From assembly GCA_965217605.1 (NCBI GenBank), contig CBDCJB010000017.1, forward strand, positions 142,677 through 206,676: 64,000 nt of DNA. The letters are read 5' to 3'. This stretch comes from Gammaproteobacteria bacterium. Its GTDB lineage: Bacteria; Pseudomonadota; Gammaproteobacteria; Ga0077536. Below the pieces are notes generated by a model. The model did not search any database. It saw nothing but the letters and a program-made list of their open reading frames with translations, and was not told the origin of the DNA. This document shows, one piece after another, positions 45,474-54,837 of this stretch (position 1 is the stretch's first letter; each line of letters opens with the position of its first letter). Made by a program: the position numbers and the translations under genes.

Positions 45474-47786
45474 ATGTTGAAAATAACCGGATACAGCGAC
45501 CAGATCAGCGTCAAGTCGGGCGACACGATCAATTTCATGGTCAATTGCGAGCATCCTGAATATACGGCGGATATCGTTCACATCGTATCGGGCGATCTGA
45601 ATCCGGAAGGTCCGGGCGTCATCGAAGAAGTGATCGACACGCCCGTGAAAAGGACCCACCAGGGCCGGCAGCAAAAGATACACGCGGGGTCCTATGCAAT
45701 GGTCGACAGCTCGGCGCCGCTCGAGTCACTGGGCTCATTTAACGTTCAAGTGATGGTGTGGCCGACGACCCCGCGTAAGGGCACGCAAGTTTTGGTCTCG
45801 AAGTTTTCCACCGAAGACAAGAGCGGTTGGGCGCTCGTCATCGATGAATCGGGCAGCATCGCGTTTCAAGTCGGCGACGGTAAGGGCAAGGTCGACAGCG
45901 TGTCCGTCGGCAAGCCCATGGTCGAGTACGAATGGTATTTCGCCGCCGCGAGCTTCAACTCGCGTTCGAAAAAGGCCACGGTCTATCAGGAACCGCTGGT
46001 GGAGTATCCTACGATCGATGACGCAGGGGTGGAGCAGGGCAAGCTCGCCTGCAAGCCCGGCAAGAACAAAGCGCCGTTGATGATGGCGGCGTGTTACGCG
46101 GGTCCCACACCGCGCGGCGACGTCGCGATCGGACAGGCTTATTTCAATGGCAAGCTCGACAGCCCCGCGATCGTCGAGGGCGTGTTGAGCCGCGCCGACA
46201 TGGCGATGATCCTGTCCCGCAAAGCGCCGACCACGCTGAAGAACAGGACCATCGGGGCGTGGGATTTTTCGGTCGACATTACGGCGGACACGATCACCGA
46301 CACCTCCAGCCATCGGCTGAACGGGCACATCGTGCATCTGCCGACGCGCGGCGTGACCGGCCACAACTGGAGCGGCGAGGAACAACGCTGGACGCACGCG
46401 CGCGACCAGTATGGCGCGATCAAATTCCACGACGACGATCTCTATGACGCGGGCTGGGACGTCGATTTCAAGTTGAAGGTCCCGGGATCGATGAAAAGCG
46501 GGATTTATGCCGCCCGCATCCGTGCGGACGACGACGAGGAGTACATCCCCTTCGTCGTGCGGCCGAAGCCCGGCAAGGAGAAGAAGGTCTGCTTCGTATT
46601 CCCCATTACGAGCTACAAGGCCTATGCGAACGAGCATTTCGCGACCGATCCATGGGCCGCGGAGATCATGACCCATCGCAACGTCGAGCTCGACACGCAT
46701 CACATCTTCTTAAACGAGCATCGCGAGTACGGCCACTCGCTGTATGACCGCCACTCCGATGGCACCGGCGTTCACATCTCGTCGCGATTGCGTCCGATAC
46801 TCAACATGCGGCCCAAGGTGCAGACCATGCTCGGCGGGGAGGGCTCACAGCTCTGGCAATTCAACGCCGACACGCACCTCACCGTGTGGTTGGAGGCGAT
46901 GGGTTACGACTTCGACGTGGTTACCGACGAGGACGTTCACTACGGCGGCACCGACGTGCTCAAACCCTACAACGTGATCCTCACCGGCTCCCACCCGGAA
47001 TACTATTCAAAGAACATGTTCGACGCCGTGTTCGACTATACGCAGCAGGGCGGGCGCCTCATGTACATGGGCGGCAATGGCTTCTACTGGCGGGTATCGT
47101 ACCACGAGAGCCTGCCGGGGGTCATCGAGATCCGCCGCGCCGAAGGCGGCAGCCGCGCCTGGGCGCCGAAGAGTGGTGAGTCCTATACCGGCTTTACGGC
47201 GGAATACAGCGGGCTGTGGCGTCGGCAGGGGCGGGCAGGGCCCAACGTCATGGCCGGCGTCGGCTTTTCCGCCGAAGGTTTCGACATCTCCACCTATTAC
47301 CGGCGCAATCCGGACAGCTTCAACCCGCGCGCCGGGTTTATCTTCGAAGGCATCGACAAAGACGAGCTGATCGGTGACTTCGGTTTGATCGGCGGGGGCG
47401 CGGCCGGTCTCGAAGTCGATCGCGTTGAACGCGAGTTCGGCACGCCGCCGCACGCGCTGTGCCTCGCGTCGTCGGAGAACCACACCGACACCTTTCTCGT
47501 GGTCGTCGAGGATCTGCTGTTCAACATACCGGGCACCGGCGGTCAGGAAAATGAATTCGTGCGCGGTGACCTGTGCTTCTACGAAACGCCGAACGGCGGC
47601 GCGATCTTCTCCGTCTCGTCGATGGCGTGGGTGGGCAGCCTGCCATGGAATAATCACGACAATAACGTCTCGAAGATCACGAAGAACGTTATCGATCGAT
47701 TCGCGGATCCGGCGCCGTTCCCGATCTCTAAAGAACCCGCGCCGCGCATGAAGGATTGTTACACCTGGCGGGTAGAGGGTTCATAA
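45474..47786 (+). CDS. N,N-dimethylformamidase large (beta) subunit-like protein
   Basis: 770 aa. Length and several blocks (e.g. YVAYANEHF-like, GGNGFYWRVSY, FSVSSMAW) recalled as characteristic of the DmfA2-like family. No adjacent small-subunit gene seen. Confidence 0.45.
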   Translation: MLKITGYSDQISVKSGDTINFMVNCEHPEYTADIVHIVSGDLNPEGPGVIEEVIDTPVKRTHQGRQQKIHAGSYAMVDSSAPLESLGSFNVQVMVWPTTPRKGTQVLVSKFSTEDKSGWALVIDESGSIAFQVGDGKGKVDSVSVGKPMVEYEWYFAAASFNSRSKKATVYQEPLVEYPTIDDAGVEQGKLACKPGKNKAPLMMAACYAGPTPRGDVAIGQAYFNGKLDSPAIVEGVLSRADMAMILSRKAPTTLKNRTIGAWDFSVDITADTITDTSSHRLNGHIVHLPTRGVTGHNWSGEEQRWTHARDQYGAIKFHDDDLYDAGWDVDFKLKVPGSMKSGIYAARIRADDDEEYIPFVVRPKPGKEKKVCFVFPITSYKAYANEHFATDPWAAEIMTHRNVELDTHHIFLNEHREYGHSLYDRHSDGTGVHISSRLRPILNMRPKVQTMLGGEGSQLWQFNADTHLTVWLEAMGYDFDVVTDEDVHYGGTDVLKPYNVILTGSHPEYYSKNMFDAVFDYTQQGGRLMYMGGNGFYWRVSYHESLPGVIEIRRAEGGSRAWAPKSGESYTGFTAEYSGLWRRQGRAGPNVMAGVGFSAEGFDISTYYRRNPDSFNPRAGFIFEGIDKDELIGDFGLIGGGAAGLEVDRVEREFGTPPHALCLASSENHTDTFLVVVEDLLFNIPGTGGQENEFVRGDLCFYETPNGGAIFSVSSMAWVGSLPWNNHDNNVSKITKNVIDRFADPAPFPISKEPAPRMKDCYTWRVEGS

Positions 47787-47788
47787 CA

Positions 47789-47846
47789 ATCATTCGCCCG
47801 CAAGCGGGCTCCCACGGAGTCTCCGTAGGAGCCCGCTTGCGGGCGA
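47789..47846. repeat. REP-like nested palindrome, copy 2 (21-bp perfect inverted repeat arms)
   Basis: ATTCGCCCGCAAGCGGGCTCC-CACGGAGTCTCCGTA-GGAGCCCGCTTGCGGGCGAAT. Same 21-mer as at 5411. Immediately follows a plus-strand stop and precedes a convergent minus-strand gene end. Confidence 0.7.
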
Positions 47847-47849
47847 ATT

Positions 47850-48500
47850 CTATTGGTCCCCAGAGCGCTCCAATCCCGGTCCGAATAAGAATAATTCCGC
47901 CAGGCCCATCAGGGCGAAATACAACACGCCGCCGGCGATCGCGCGCTCCGGGTAGAGGCTCCACACGGCATCGCTGCGATCGGGCAAGACCGCGTCGATT
48001 AAATTCTCGGTGACGCCGAACTCGGGTACCGGTACAAAGACGGTCAACATCACGATAAGCATATAGATGGGTATCCCCACCGCCGAGCGCGCTATGATCA
48101 TCTGCCACGCGTCCGCGTCTGCAAGGATCATGACGAAGCGCCCGACCATCACGTAACCGAAGACTTTGATGAGGCCGTAGCCCCCGACCGCATACGTAAT
48201 CCCGAAAGCCATGGCAGCGTATAGAAACGCCAGGCCTGCCAGCAGGGTGAGCCTTTTAGATAATTCCTTCTGCATTCCGACAAAGGCGCCGATGAACACG
48301 CCCGAATGAAGAACGATGAACTCGAGCGCGAGCAGGCCGGGCCCGAATGCGATCCAATGTCCCTGATCCCTCGACATCGGGTCTAGCCACACCGTAATCA
48401 GCACCCAGGACACATAAAAACAAGGTAGCCCCGCAGCCAGCGCGCCCGCCCAATGCGTAGCGGCGCGGGTGTTCATTGGGGACAAGTTCGTGGCCATCAA
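47850..48500 (-). CDS. hypothetical integral membrane protein
   Basis: 216 aa, 5-6 hydrophobic helices. No motif recognised. Confidence 0.45.
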   Translation of the reverse strand: MMATNLSPMNTRAATHWAGALAAGLPCFYVSWVLITVWLDPMSRDQGHWIAFGPGLLALEFIVLHSGVFIGAFVGMQKELSKRLTLLAGLAFLYAAMAFGITYAVGGYGLIKVFGYVMVGRFVMILADADAWQMIIARSAVGIPIYMLIVMLTVFVPVPEFGVTENLIDAVLPDRSDAVWSLYPERAIAGGVLYFALMGLAELFLFGPGLERSGDQ

Positions 48501-48587
48501 TGCCGATTATCGCCTGCGGATTTCACCGGGAGGTAAACGCTATCGGTTTAACATGCACTAAGGTCCTAAAGACAAAGGGTTAACCGC

Positions 48588-49130
48588 TTGCAGCAGGACA
48601 GCGATGCGGCGCTCGTGCGGCGCATTCAGAAGGGCGACGCAACGGCGTTTTCGACGCTGGTCGAACGCTATCAAGACCGCATCTACCGTCTTGCTGCGGG
48701 CATGTTGCATGCGCGCGACGCCGCGCCGGATGCGACGCAAGAGGTGTTTATGCGCGCCTATACAGGTCTGCCGAGATTCAGGTTTGGCTCGAGTGTATAC
48801 ACGTGGCTCTATGCGACACTTAGAAACGTATGCCGCGAGTTCAATCGACGCGAGCGCTTCGAAGCCGTTCCGATGTCGGAAGACATCGGCGATGATCGCC
48901 ACGAACCGGCGCGGCAAGCCGTGGCGGAACAACGCTTGGGAGCGGTATTGCGGCGGATAAATCGCTTACCGGAGCGACAGCGCGATGTCGTGTTGCTGCG
49001 GGTATTCGAAGGATTGTCCGTAAAGGAGACGGCGAACCTGCTGCGTTGCCGGCAAGGCACGGTCAAAGCGCACCTGCACCGGGCGATGCAGGCGATCAAG
49101 AATGAAGACGACCCGCAGGAACGTAATTGA
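48588..49130 (+). CDS. ECF-subfamily RNA polymerase sigma-70 factor
   Basis: 180 aa. Region 2 (DATQEVFMRAYTGLPRF). Region 4 (LPERQRDVVLLRVFEGLSVKETANLLRCRQGTVKAHLHRA). TTG start. Confidence 0.85.
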   Translation: MQQDSDAALVRRIQKGDATAFSTLVERYQDRIYRLAAGMLHARDAAPDATQEVFMRAYTGLPRFRFGSSVYTWLYATLRNVCREFNRRERFEAVPMSEDIGDDRHEPARQAVAEQRLGAVLRRINRLPERQRDVVLLRVFEGLSVKETANLLRCRQGTVKAHLHRAMQAIKNEDDPQERN

Positions 49131-49561
49131 ATGAATTCGGATCGAATGACATGACGGATCGCGACGAGATCGACAACGAAGCCATCGAAGCTTATCGCGC
49201 GCGGAAGGCGCCGGCCGGACTCGCGGCGCGCATTGCGCAAGCTGCAGACGCGACGGCCCCACCCCGGAACACGACGTGGCGTTGGGCCATTCCCGCCGCC
49301 GCGGCGGCTGTCATCATCGTCGCTCTGGCGGTGTTCGATACCGACCCCGGCGAACAGTATTCGATGTCGGTAGCGGTGTCATTGTCCGACATCCAATCGC
49401 GGTCTTTGACGATATCCACACGCCGTATCGGTCGTATGCCTTCGCTGGCGTCGGTTCGACCGCTGCCAAGCATACCCAAATTAGATTTAGATTTTTCAGA
49501 TCTGAAGGCTAAACGGTCTTCAGCCACCAAACGACGGGAACCGATGACATTACCCAACTAA
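49127..49561 (+). CDS. putative anti-sigma factor (single-pass membrane protein)
   Basis: Overlaps the sigma stop. Cytoplasmic N-term, TM (AIPAAAAAVIIVALAV), short periplasmic tail. The start may be the ATG at 49151. Confidence 0.45.
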   Translation: MNEFGSNDMTDRDEIDNEAIEAYRARKAPAGLAARIAQAADATAPPRNTTWRWAIPAAAAAVIIVALAVFDTDPGEQYSMSVAVSLSDIQSRSLTISTRRIGRMPSLASVRPLPSIPKLDLDFSDLKAKRSSATKRREPMTLPN

Positions 49562-49583
49562 GGTCTAAGCAGAGGAGTAACTC

Positions 49584-50021
49584 ATGTTCACTATAAAACG
49601 CAAAGACGACTACAAGCGCAAAACGGGCCGCTTGCCTGCCGCTTTGGCGATGCTGGTCATATTGACCGTTCAACCCGTGCACGCACAAGAGTTTGACGAC
49701 ATGATTCAGTTCGTCGATTTGATGAATGAATTCTTCATATTGATGGATTCGATGTATGCGGCGGCCTCCAATCCGGAGCATGCGGCGCTGCTACAGATGA
49801 ACTCGCTCGAGGATATCTACAAAGAGACGGGCAACCTGCGTCAAATGCTCGACGTGTATCGAGAGGTCATCAATAACAGCTCGAATCCCACCGTACGTCG
49901 TCTGGCGCGCATGCGGTTAGCCGATGCGCTCAAGGAATCAGGCCAGAAAGGCGAGGCGATCGAGGTACTCAGAGAAGCGATCACCGAATCCGTTCAGCAG
50001 GCGAACCGGCAGGCACAATGA
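49584..50021 (+). CDS. secreted hypothetical protein (signal peptide)
   Basis: 145 aa. Good SD (AGAGGAG). Signal peptide ending VHA↓QE. Helical and hydrophilic. Confidence 0.4.
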   Translation: MFTIKRKDDYKRKTGRLPAALAMLVILTVQPVHAQEFDDMIQFVDLMNEFFILMDSMYAAASNPEHAALLQMNSLEDIYKETGNLRQMLDVYREVINNSSNPTVRRLARMRLADALKESGQKGEAIEVLREAITESVQQANRQAQ

Positions 50022-50073
50022 TGACGGGAAAACCGGAGACGCAGGACGCGCCTCCGGTGGAACGCCGTTCGGC

Positions 50074-50829
50074 TCAGGCCGCGCCAATCACGTTGCGCAT
50101 GCGCAAGCCGACCAGCCCGAGCGCGCTGAGCAGTAGCGGTAACGACGCCGGGACCGGCATTGCGAGGGTACCCACCGCCGCGGCCAGCGCCGTGCCGTCG
50201 ATCGTTACGAACGGATGCGCGGTTGCCGAGAAATCGAACAGCAAGGCCAAATATCCTCCATCTCCAAGTTCAGCAGCCTGGCCGAAATTTGCGATCTCGG
50301 CGCTGTCGAACACCGACTCACCGAGATAGCCAAAGCTGAATGTGGTCGCTTGTAATTCAACCGAAGACATCGCAAAGGCATCGGGCGACCACAACGAATC
50401 GACCGCTGTGCCGAGGCCATAGCCTACGGTAACCAGCGCCGTGCCCCAGCCCACGGTCGCAAAACTCAATCCCACATTCGACGCGGCGAATGCGGTACCG
50501 AATCCGGCGGCCGCGGTTGCACTACTGTACTCCTCGTCCACGACAGCAATCGCGCCAGTCGATGCATAAAAGGGATGCGCCGCGATCGCGGGTAACAAGA
50601 CGTGTTGTTCGCTGGATAAGGTGTGGAGATGTTCATCGGTGATATATGCGTGGTTGCTGGCGAACGGATCGTTGGTCGGAATCAATGCACCCGCACCGAT
50701 GATCTCGATGTTCAGGGTGCTCCAATCGATCGCGGCAAACGCCGATGCGTTAGCAGCATATGCCCCGCCGTATAACAAGCAGGCCGATAACGCCGCTACC
50801 ACGACAATGAACTGTTTGAGCTTGCACAT
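50074..50829 (-). CDS. Ala/Gly/Ser-rich secreted protein with C-terminal hydrophobic-anchor + RMR tail (PEP-CTERM-like sorting signal?)
   Basis: 251 aa. N-terminal signal peptide (AALSACLLYGGAYA). The C-terminus ...VPASLPLLLSALGLVGLRMRN resembles exosortase/PEP-CTERM-type tails, but the PEP itself is not canonical. Confidence 0.4.
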   Translation of the reverse strand: MCKLKQFIVVVAALSACLLYGGAYAANASAFAAIDWSTLNIEIIGAGALIPTNDPFASNHAYITDEHLHTLSSEQHVLLPAIAAHPFYASTGAIAVVDEEYSSATAAAGFGTAFAASNVGLSFATVGWGTALVTVGYGLGTAVDSLWSPDAFAMSSVELQATTFSFGYLGESVFDSAEIANFGQAAELGDGGYLALLFDFSATAHPFVTIDGTALAAAVGTLAMPVPASLPLLLSALGLVGLRMRNVIGAA

Positions 50830-50919
50830 AATGCCTCCTCTCCGGAATCGGATTGAACGAATGAAAGCGGTCCGGCGGTATGCCGGTTCAGTGCTTAGTG
50901 AAGGGAGGCGGTGATCGGT

Positions 50920-51912
50920 TTACACGGTGACGACGATCTTACCCTTCTGCGTATTCGACGCCATGTGGCGGTGGGCGTCGGCAACGCGTTCCAGCGGAAA
51001 CGTAGAATCGATGACGGGTTGATAGGCCCCGCGATCCAGGCCGTCGTAGACGTGCTGCCTGGCGCGCTCGAAGACGTCGGGAAAATTGACGACCTCGAAT
51101 AAGGAGTAACCGCGCATGGTCAAGCCTTTGGCGAGACCGAGCCCGACGTTGAACGGCGTCGGTTCGGGCTCGAGCCGTCCGTAGATGAACAAACGTCCCT
51201 GATACGCGGTCGCGCGACACAGATCGGCGACGGACGGGCCGGACACGGGGTCGAAGATCATGTCTGCGCCTTTGTTGTCGGTGATCGCGAGGATGCGTGC
51301 GGCAACGTCTTCGGTCGAGCTGACGATGATGTGCGCAGGTTCTTGCGCGACGATGAAATCGCGCTTGTTCGGGTTCGATGTCACGGCAATCGGTATGGCG
51401 CCGAGCGCCTTCGCCATCTGCATGGCAGCGATACCGACGCTGCTGCTCGCGGCTGTGATCACGATGTGCTCGCCCGCTTCGAGCTTGCCGTATTCGACGA
51501 GCGCGCCGTAGGTCGTGACATAGGGCATCCAGATGGCAGCGCCTTCCGTCGCGGATAAGCGTTCGGGATAGAACGCCACGGCGTGCTCCGGGACGCGCGC
51601 GACTTCGCCGTAACTCCAGTAACGCCCCATCTTGAACGACGGGATCGTGCTCACCCGATCGCCGATTTTGAACGCCGTCACATCCGCGCCAACCGCCGCG
51701 ACCGTCCCGGCCGCCTCATAACCGATCGTCGAGGGCAACTCAGGTTCGTATTGCGGGTACTCGCCGCGGCGGAACATGATCTCGGCGCGGTTCAGGCCGA
51801 AGGCCTCCACGTTCAGCACCACTTCGCGGCTAAGCGCGTCCGGCATTGGCAGCTCATCGAGTTGCAGAACGTCGGCGTCGCCGGTGTGATGAAAGCGTAC
51901 GACTTTGGGCAT
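50920..51912 (-). CDS. NAD(P)H:quinone oxidoreductase-like medium-chain dehydrogenase/reductase (zinc-independent MDR)
   Basis: 330 aa. GroES-like N-terminus. Rossmann AASSSVGIAA. Overall MDR pattern. Confidence 0.8.
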   Translation of the reverse strand: MPKVVRFHHTGDADVLQLDELPMPDALSREVVLNVEAFGLNRAEIMFRRGEYPQYEPELPSTIGYEAAGTVAAVGADVTAFKIGDRVSTIPSFKMGRYWSYGEVARVPEHAVAFYPERLSATEGAAIWMPYVTTYGALVEYGKLEAGEHIVITAASSSVGIAAMQMAKALGAIPIAVTSNPNKRDFIVAQEPAHIIVSSTEDVAARILAITDNKGADMIFDPVSGPSVADLCRATAYQGRLFIYGRLEPEPTPFNVGLGLAKGLTMRGYSLFEVVNFPDVFERARQHVYDGLDRGAYQPVIDSTFPLERVADAHRHMASNTQKGKIVVTV

Positions 51913-51928
51913 CGTGTCCTCCAGGCTC

Positions 51929-54277
51929 CTACAATGGTTCGTTGATGAGCTTCCAGATCCGCTCTTTCGTAAAAGGGATCTCCGCCACTGTTACGTTGAA
52001 TGGGGTCAGCGCATCCTCGATAGCATTGCCGAGAGCGCCCGGCACCATGCCCGTCGGGCCCTCGCCCTTGCCCTTGGATCCCAACGGCGTATGCGGCGTC
52101 GGCAAGTCGTGAGCGATGACTTCGATATGCGGCAGGTCACGCGCGGAAGGGATCAGATAATCCATGAGCGTCGACGTGAGCTGCCGGCCCTGTTCGTCAT
52201 AGACAAACGCTTCCTGGCAGGCGTTGCCGATACCGAGCGCGACACCGCCGTGGATCTGGCCGCGCACCATCATCGGATTCACCGGCCGGCCGCAATCGTC
52301 TACGGCGACGTAGCGCAGGATCTCGACCTGCCCCGTGTCGGGAAAGACCTCGACGGTCACCACGTGGACGTTGGTGCTCTGCATGCCGGTTGTCTCGGCC
52401 TCGAAGTGCGCGGTGTTCTCGAGGCCGCCGTCCATCCCGGGTGGTAGTTCGGTCGGCGCGAGGAGTGCGGTTTCCGCAAGGCGGGCGACCGCGAGGGCTT
52501 GCGTCGGATCGTCCGCCAAAATCAATTCGCCATCACGGAAGATGAAATCGTCCTCACCGGCCGCGATGCCGAGCTGATGCGCCGCGATCGCGGCGAGCTT
52601 GGCCCTGAGGCCGCGTGCGGCAAACAGCGCCGCGCTCAACGTATAGCCACCCATGCGAGAGGCCAATGTGCCCGCGGCAAACGGCGCGGATTGCGTGTCG
52701 CCGGAAATGACGTAGACGTCGTCCGGCGTCAATCCGAGCTCGTCGGCGACGACCTGCGCGATCGTCGTGTCGTGGCCCTGACCTTGCGGCTGATCGCCGT
52801 GGGCGACCTGCACGTTGCCGTTTGCGTCGAAGCGCACCGTCGCGACGCCGAAACCCGGCTGGCGTTCCATCGGCACCAGGATGGCCGACGATAAGCCGGA
52901 AAATTCGATACCAAGACTGAACCCCACACCGAGGTAGCGTCCCGCGACGCGCGCCGCCTGTTGTTCTTCACGAAAACGTTCGTAGTCGATCGCGTCGCGC
53001 GCTTTATCGAGTGCGCCGGGAAAATCACCGGAATCGCAGTAAACGCCGGTGGCCAGCGAATGCGGGTATTCCTTGATCGCGTTCTTGCGCCGGATCGCCA
53101 CCGGATCGATGCCTAACTCGCGCGCGGCGATATCGACGATGCGATCGATCGCGAACCGGCAGGTAAATGATCCGAAGGAACGGCTCGGGGTGAGCCCGGG
53201 CTTATGCGTGACCACGCAATTGAGATCGATGTCGATGTTGGGGATGTCGTAACCGTTGGTCAGGTACATCGCGCCCAGCCATGGCATGGAAAAGGACACG
53301 TAGATCGGCACCTGCGCCGAACCGCAATCGGCGACCATGCGATCGCGGACCCCGAGGATTTGACCGTCGTTTTTGAGAGCTAATTCAAGGTCGTGGATCT
53401 GATCGCGTTCCTGGCCGATGTTGAGGAGGTTTTCTTGGCGGTTCTCGACCCACTTCACGGGACGTTTGAGGATCATCGCCAGGTGACACAGCACGATGTC
53501 TTCGCGGTACAACGGTGCCTTGACGCCGAATCCGCCGCCGACGTCCTTCGGCGCGATCACCCTGATCTTGCTGTCGGGGATCTTGAAATATGCAGCGAGC
53601 AAATGGCGTTTGATATGAGAACGCTGCGTCGTGAGCCACAGCGTCAACCCCTCAGCCGCGCTGAAATCAACGATCGAGGCGCGCGGTTCCATGGGCGACG
53701 CACCGCTGCGGGCGCTGCGGAATCGCTGGGATACGACGCGGTCGGCGTCCGCAAATGCGCGCTCGATGTCACCGCCCGAGAAATGCTGGTGATAAACGAC
53801 GTTATCGTCCCAATCCGCATAGACGCGCGGCGAGGCGGCCAGCAGCGCCTGCTCCGGATCGAGAACCGCCTCGCGCACTGCGTATTCCACTTCGACGGCG
53901 TTGACGGCGTCTTCAACGACGTATTTGTCCCGGCCGATGACGACGGCCACCAGATCGCCGGCATAGGTGACTTCATTCACCGGGAGCGGACAGAACACCG
54001 GGCGTTTGGTCTCGCCGGGAAGGCGCGGGACGGACAGATCGCTCAGGATCGGACCCAGGTGCTGCAGGTCTCTGCCGATTTTTACATCGATGATCCCGGG
54101 TAAGGCCAGGGCCTTTGACGCATCGATATTCAATATTTCCGCATTGGCGTGCGGGCTGCGCACGAATCCGGCAGTCAGCATGCGCGGTAAGGTGATGTCG
54201 GCGACGTATTGGCCGTCGCCGATCAACAGGCGGTGGTCCTCCTTGCGCGGTATCGATCGACCGACCCAGCTCATCAC
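51929..54277 (-). CDS. xanthine-dehydrogenase-family molybdopterin-binding large subunit (CoxL/aldehyde oxidoreductase-like)
   Basis: 782 aa. N-terminal VGRSIPRKEDHRLLIGDGQYVADI is a family-typical start. Mo-binding domain blocks. Confidence 0.85.
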   Translation of the reverse strand: MMSWVGRSIPRKEDHRLLIGDGQYVADITLPRMLTAGFVRSPHANAEILNIDASKALALPGIIDVKIGRDLQHLGPILSDLSVPRLPGETKRPVFCPLPVNEVTYAGDLVAVVIGRDKYVVEDAVNAVEVEYAVREAVLDPEQALLAASPRVYADWDDNVVYHQHFSGGDIERAFADADRVVSQRFRSARSGASPMEPRASIVDFSAAEGLTLWLTTQRSHIKRHLLAAYFKIPDSKIRVIAPKDVGGGFGVKAPLYREDIVLCHLAMILKRPVKWVENRQENLLNIGQERDQIHDLELALKNDGQILGVRDRMVADCGSAQVPIYVSFSMPWLGAMYLTNGYDIPNIDIDLNCVVTHKPGLTPSRSFGSFTCRFAIDRIVDIAARELGIDPVAIRRKNAIKEYPHSLATGVYCDSGDFPGALDKARDAIDYERFREEQQAARVAGRYLGVGFSLGIEFSGLSSAILVPMERQPGFGVATVRFDANGNVQVAHGDQPQGQGHDTTIAQVVADELGLTPDDVYVISGDTQSAPFAAGTLASRMGGYTLSAALFAARGLRAKLAAIAAHQLGIAAGEDDFIFRDGELILADDPTQALAVARLAETALLAPTELPPGMDGGLENTAHFEAETTGMQSTNVHVVTVEVFPDTGQVEILRYVAVDDCGRPVNPMMVRGQIHGGVALGIGNACQEAFVYDEQGRQLTSTLMDYLIPSARDLPHIEVIAHDLPTPHTPLGSKGKGEGPTGMVPGALGNAIEDALTPFNVTVAEIPFTKERIWKLINEPL

Positions 54278-54837
54278 TGGCGCTCGCGATACGGAAACCA
54301 GCCGGCGCGTTCAGCGGCGTCCATCTGACCCAGTGTTTCGATCGCCTGCTGAACGGCCTCGACGATGTGCACATAACCGGTGCAACGGCACAGTACGCCG
54401 CCCATCGCCCGGCGTATCGCCGCTTCGGACACGTCGCACGCGGGATCCTCGAGATAGTCCACCAGGGTCATGAGAAACCCCGGAGTGCAGAAGCCGCACT
54501 GCAGCCCGTGTTTGTCGGTGAACGCCTGTTGCAAGGGGTGCAGGCGCTCACCCTGCGCGAGGCCTTCGATGGTGACGACTGCGGCGCCGTCCGCCTGCAC
54601 GGCGAGCAGCAGGCAGGATTTCACCGCCTCACCGTCGACGATCACCGTGCACGCCCCGCAGCGGCCCTCGAAACCACAGCCAACGTGCGTCCCCGTCGCG
54701 CCGGCGACGTCGCGGATGAAATCGACCAGCAGTAAGCGGTACTCGACCGCGGCTTCGATGCGCTCGCCGTTCAAGTCAACGGTAATGTCGCGTTTCAACG
54801 GGGGCGTTCCGCGCGCGTCCGTGCGGTCTTCATGCAT
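54274..54837 (-). CDS. (2Fe-2S)-binding small subunit of Mo-hydroxylase (CoxS-like)
   Basis: CGFEGRCGACTV (plant-type cluster). CGFCTPG...CRCTGY (second cluster). Overlaps neighbours at both ends. Confidence 0.85.
   Translation of the reverse strand: MHEDRTDARGTPPLKRDITVDLNGERIEAAVEYRLLLVDFIRDVAGATGTHVGCGFEGRCGACTVIVDGEAVKSCLLLAVQADGAAVVTIEGLAQGERLHPLQQAFTDKHGLQCGFCTPGFLMTLVDYLEDPACDVSEAAIRRAMGGVLCRCTGYVHIVEAVQQAIETLGQMDAAERAGWFPYRERQ

Noticed and set aside
45735-46703. 322-aa minus-strand ORF opposite the DMFase-like gene
   Set aside because: Antisense artefact. The plus-strand frame is open for 770 codons with conserved blocks.
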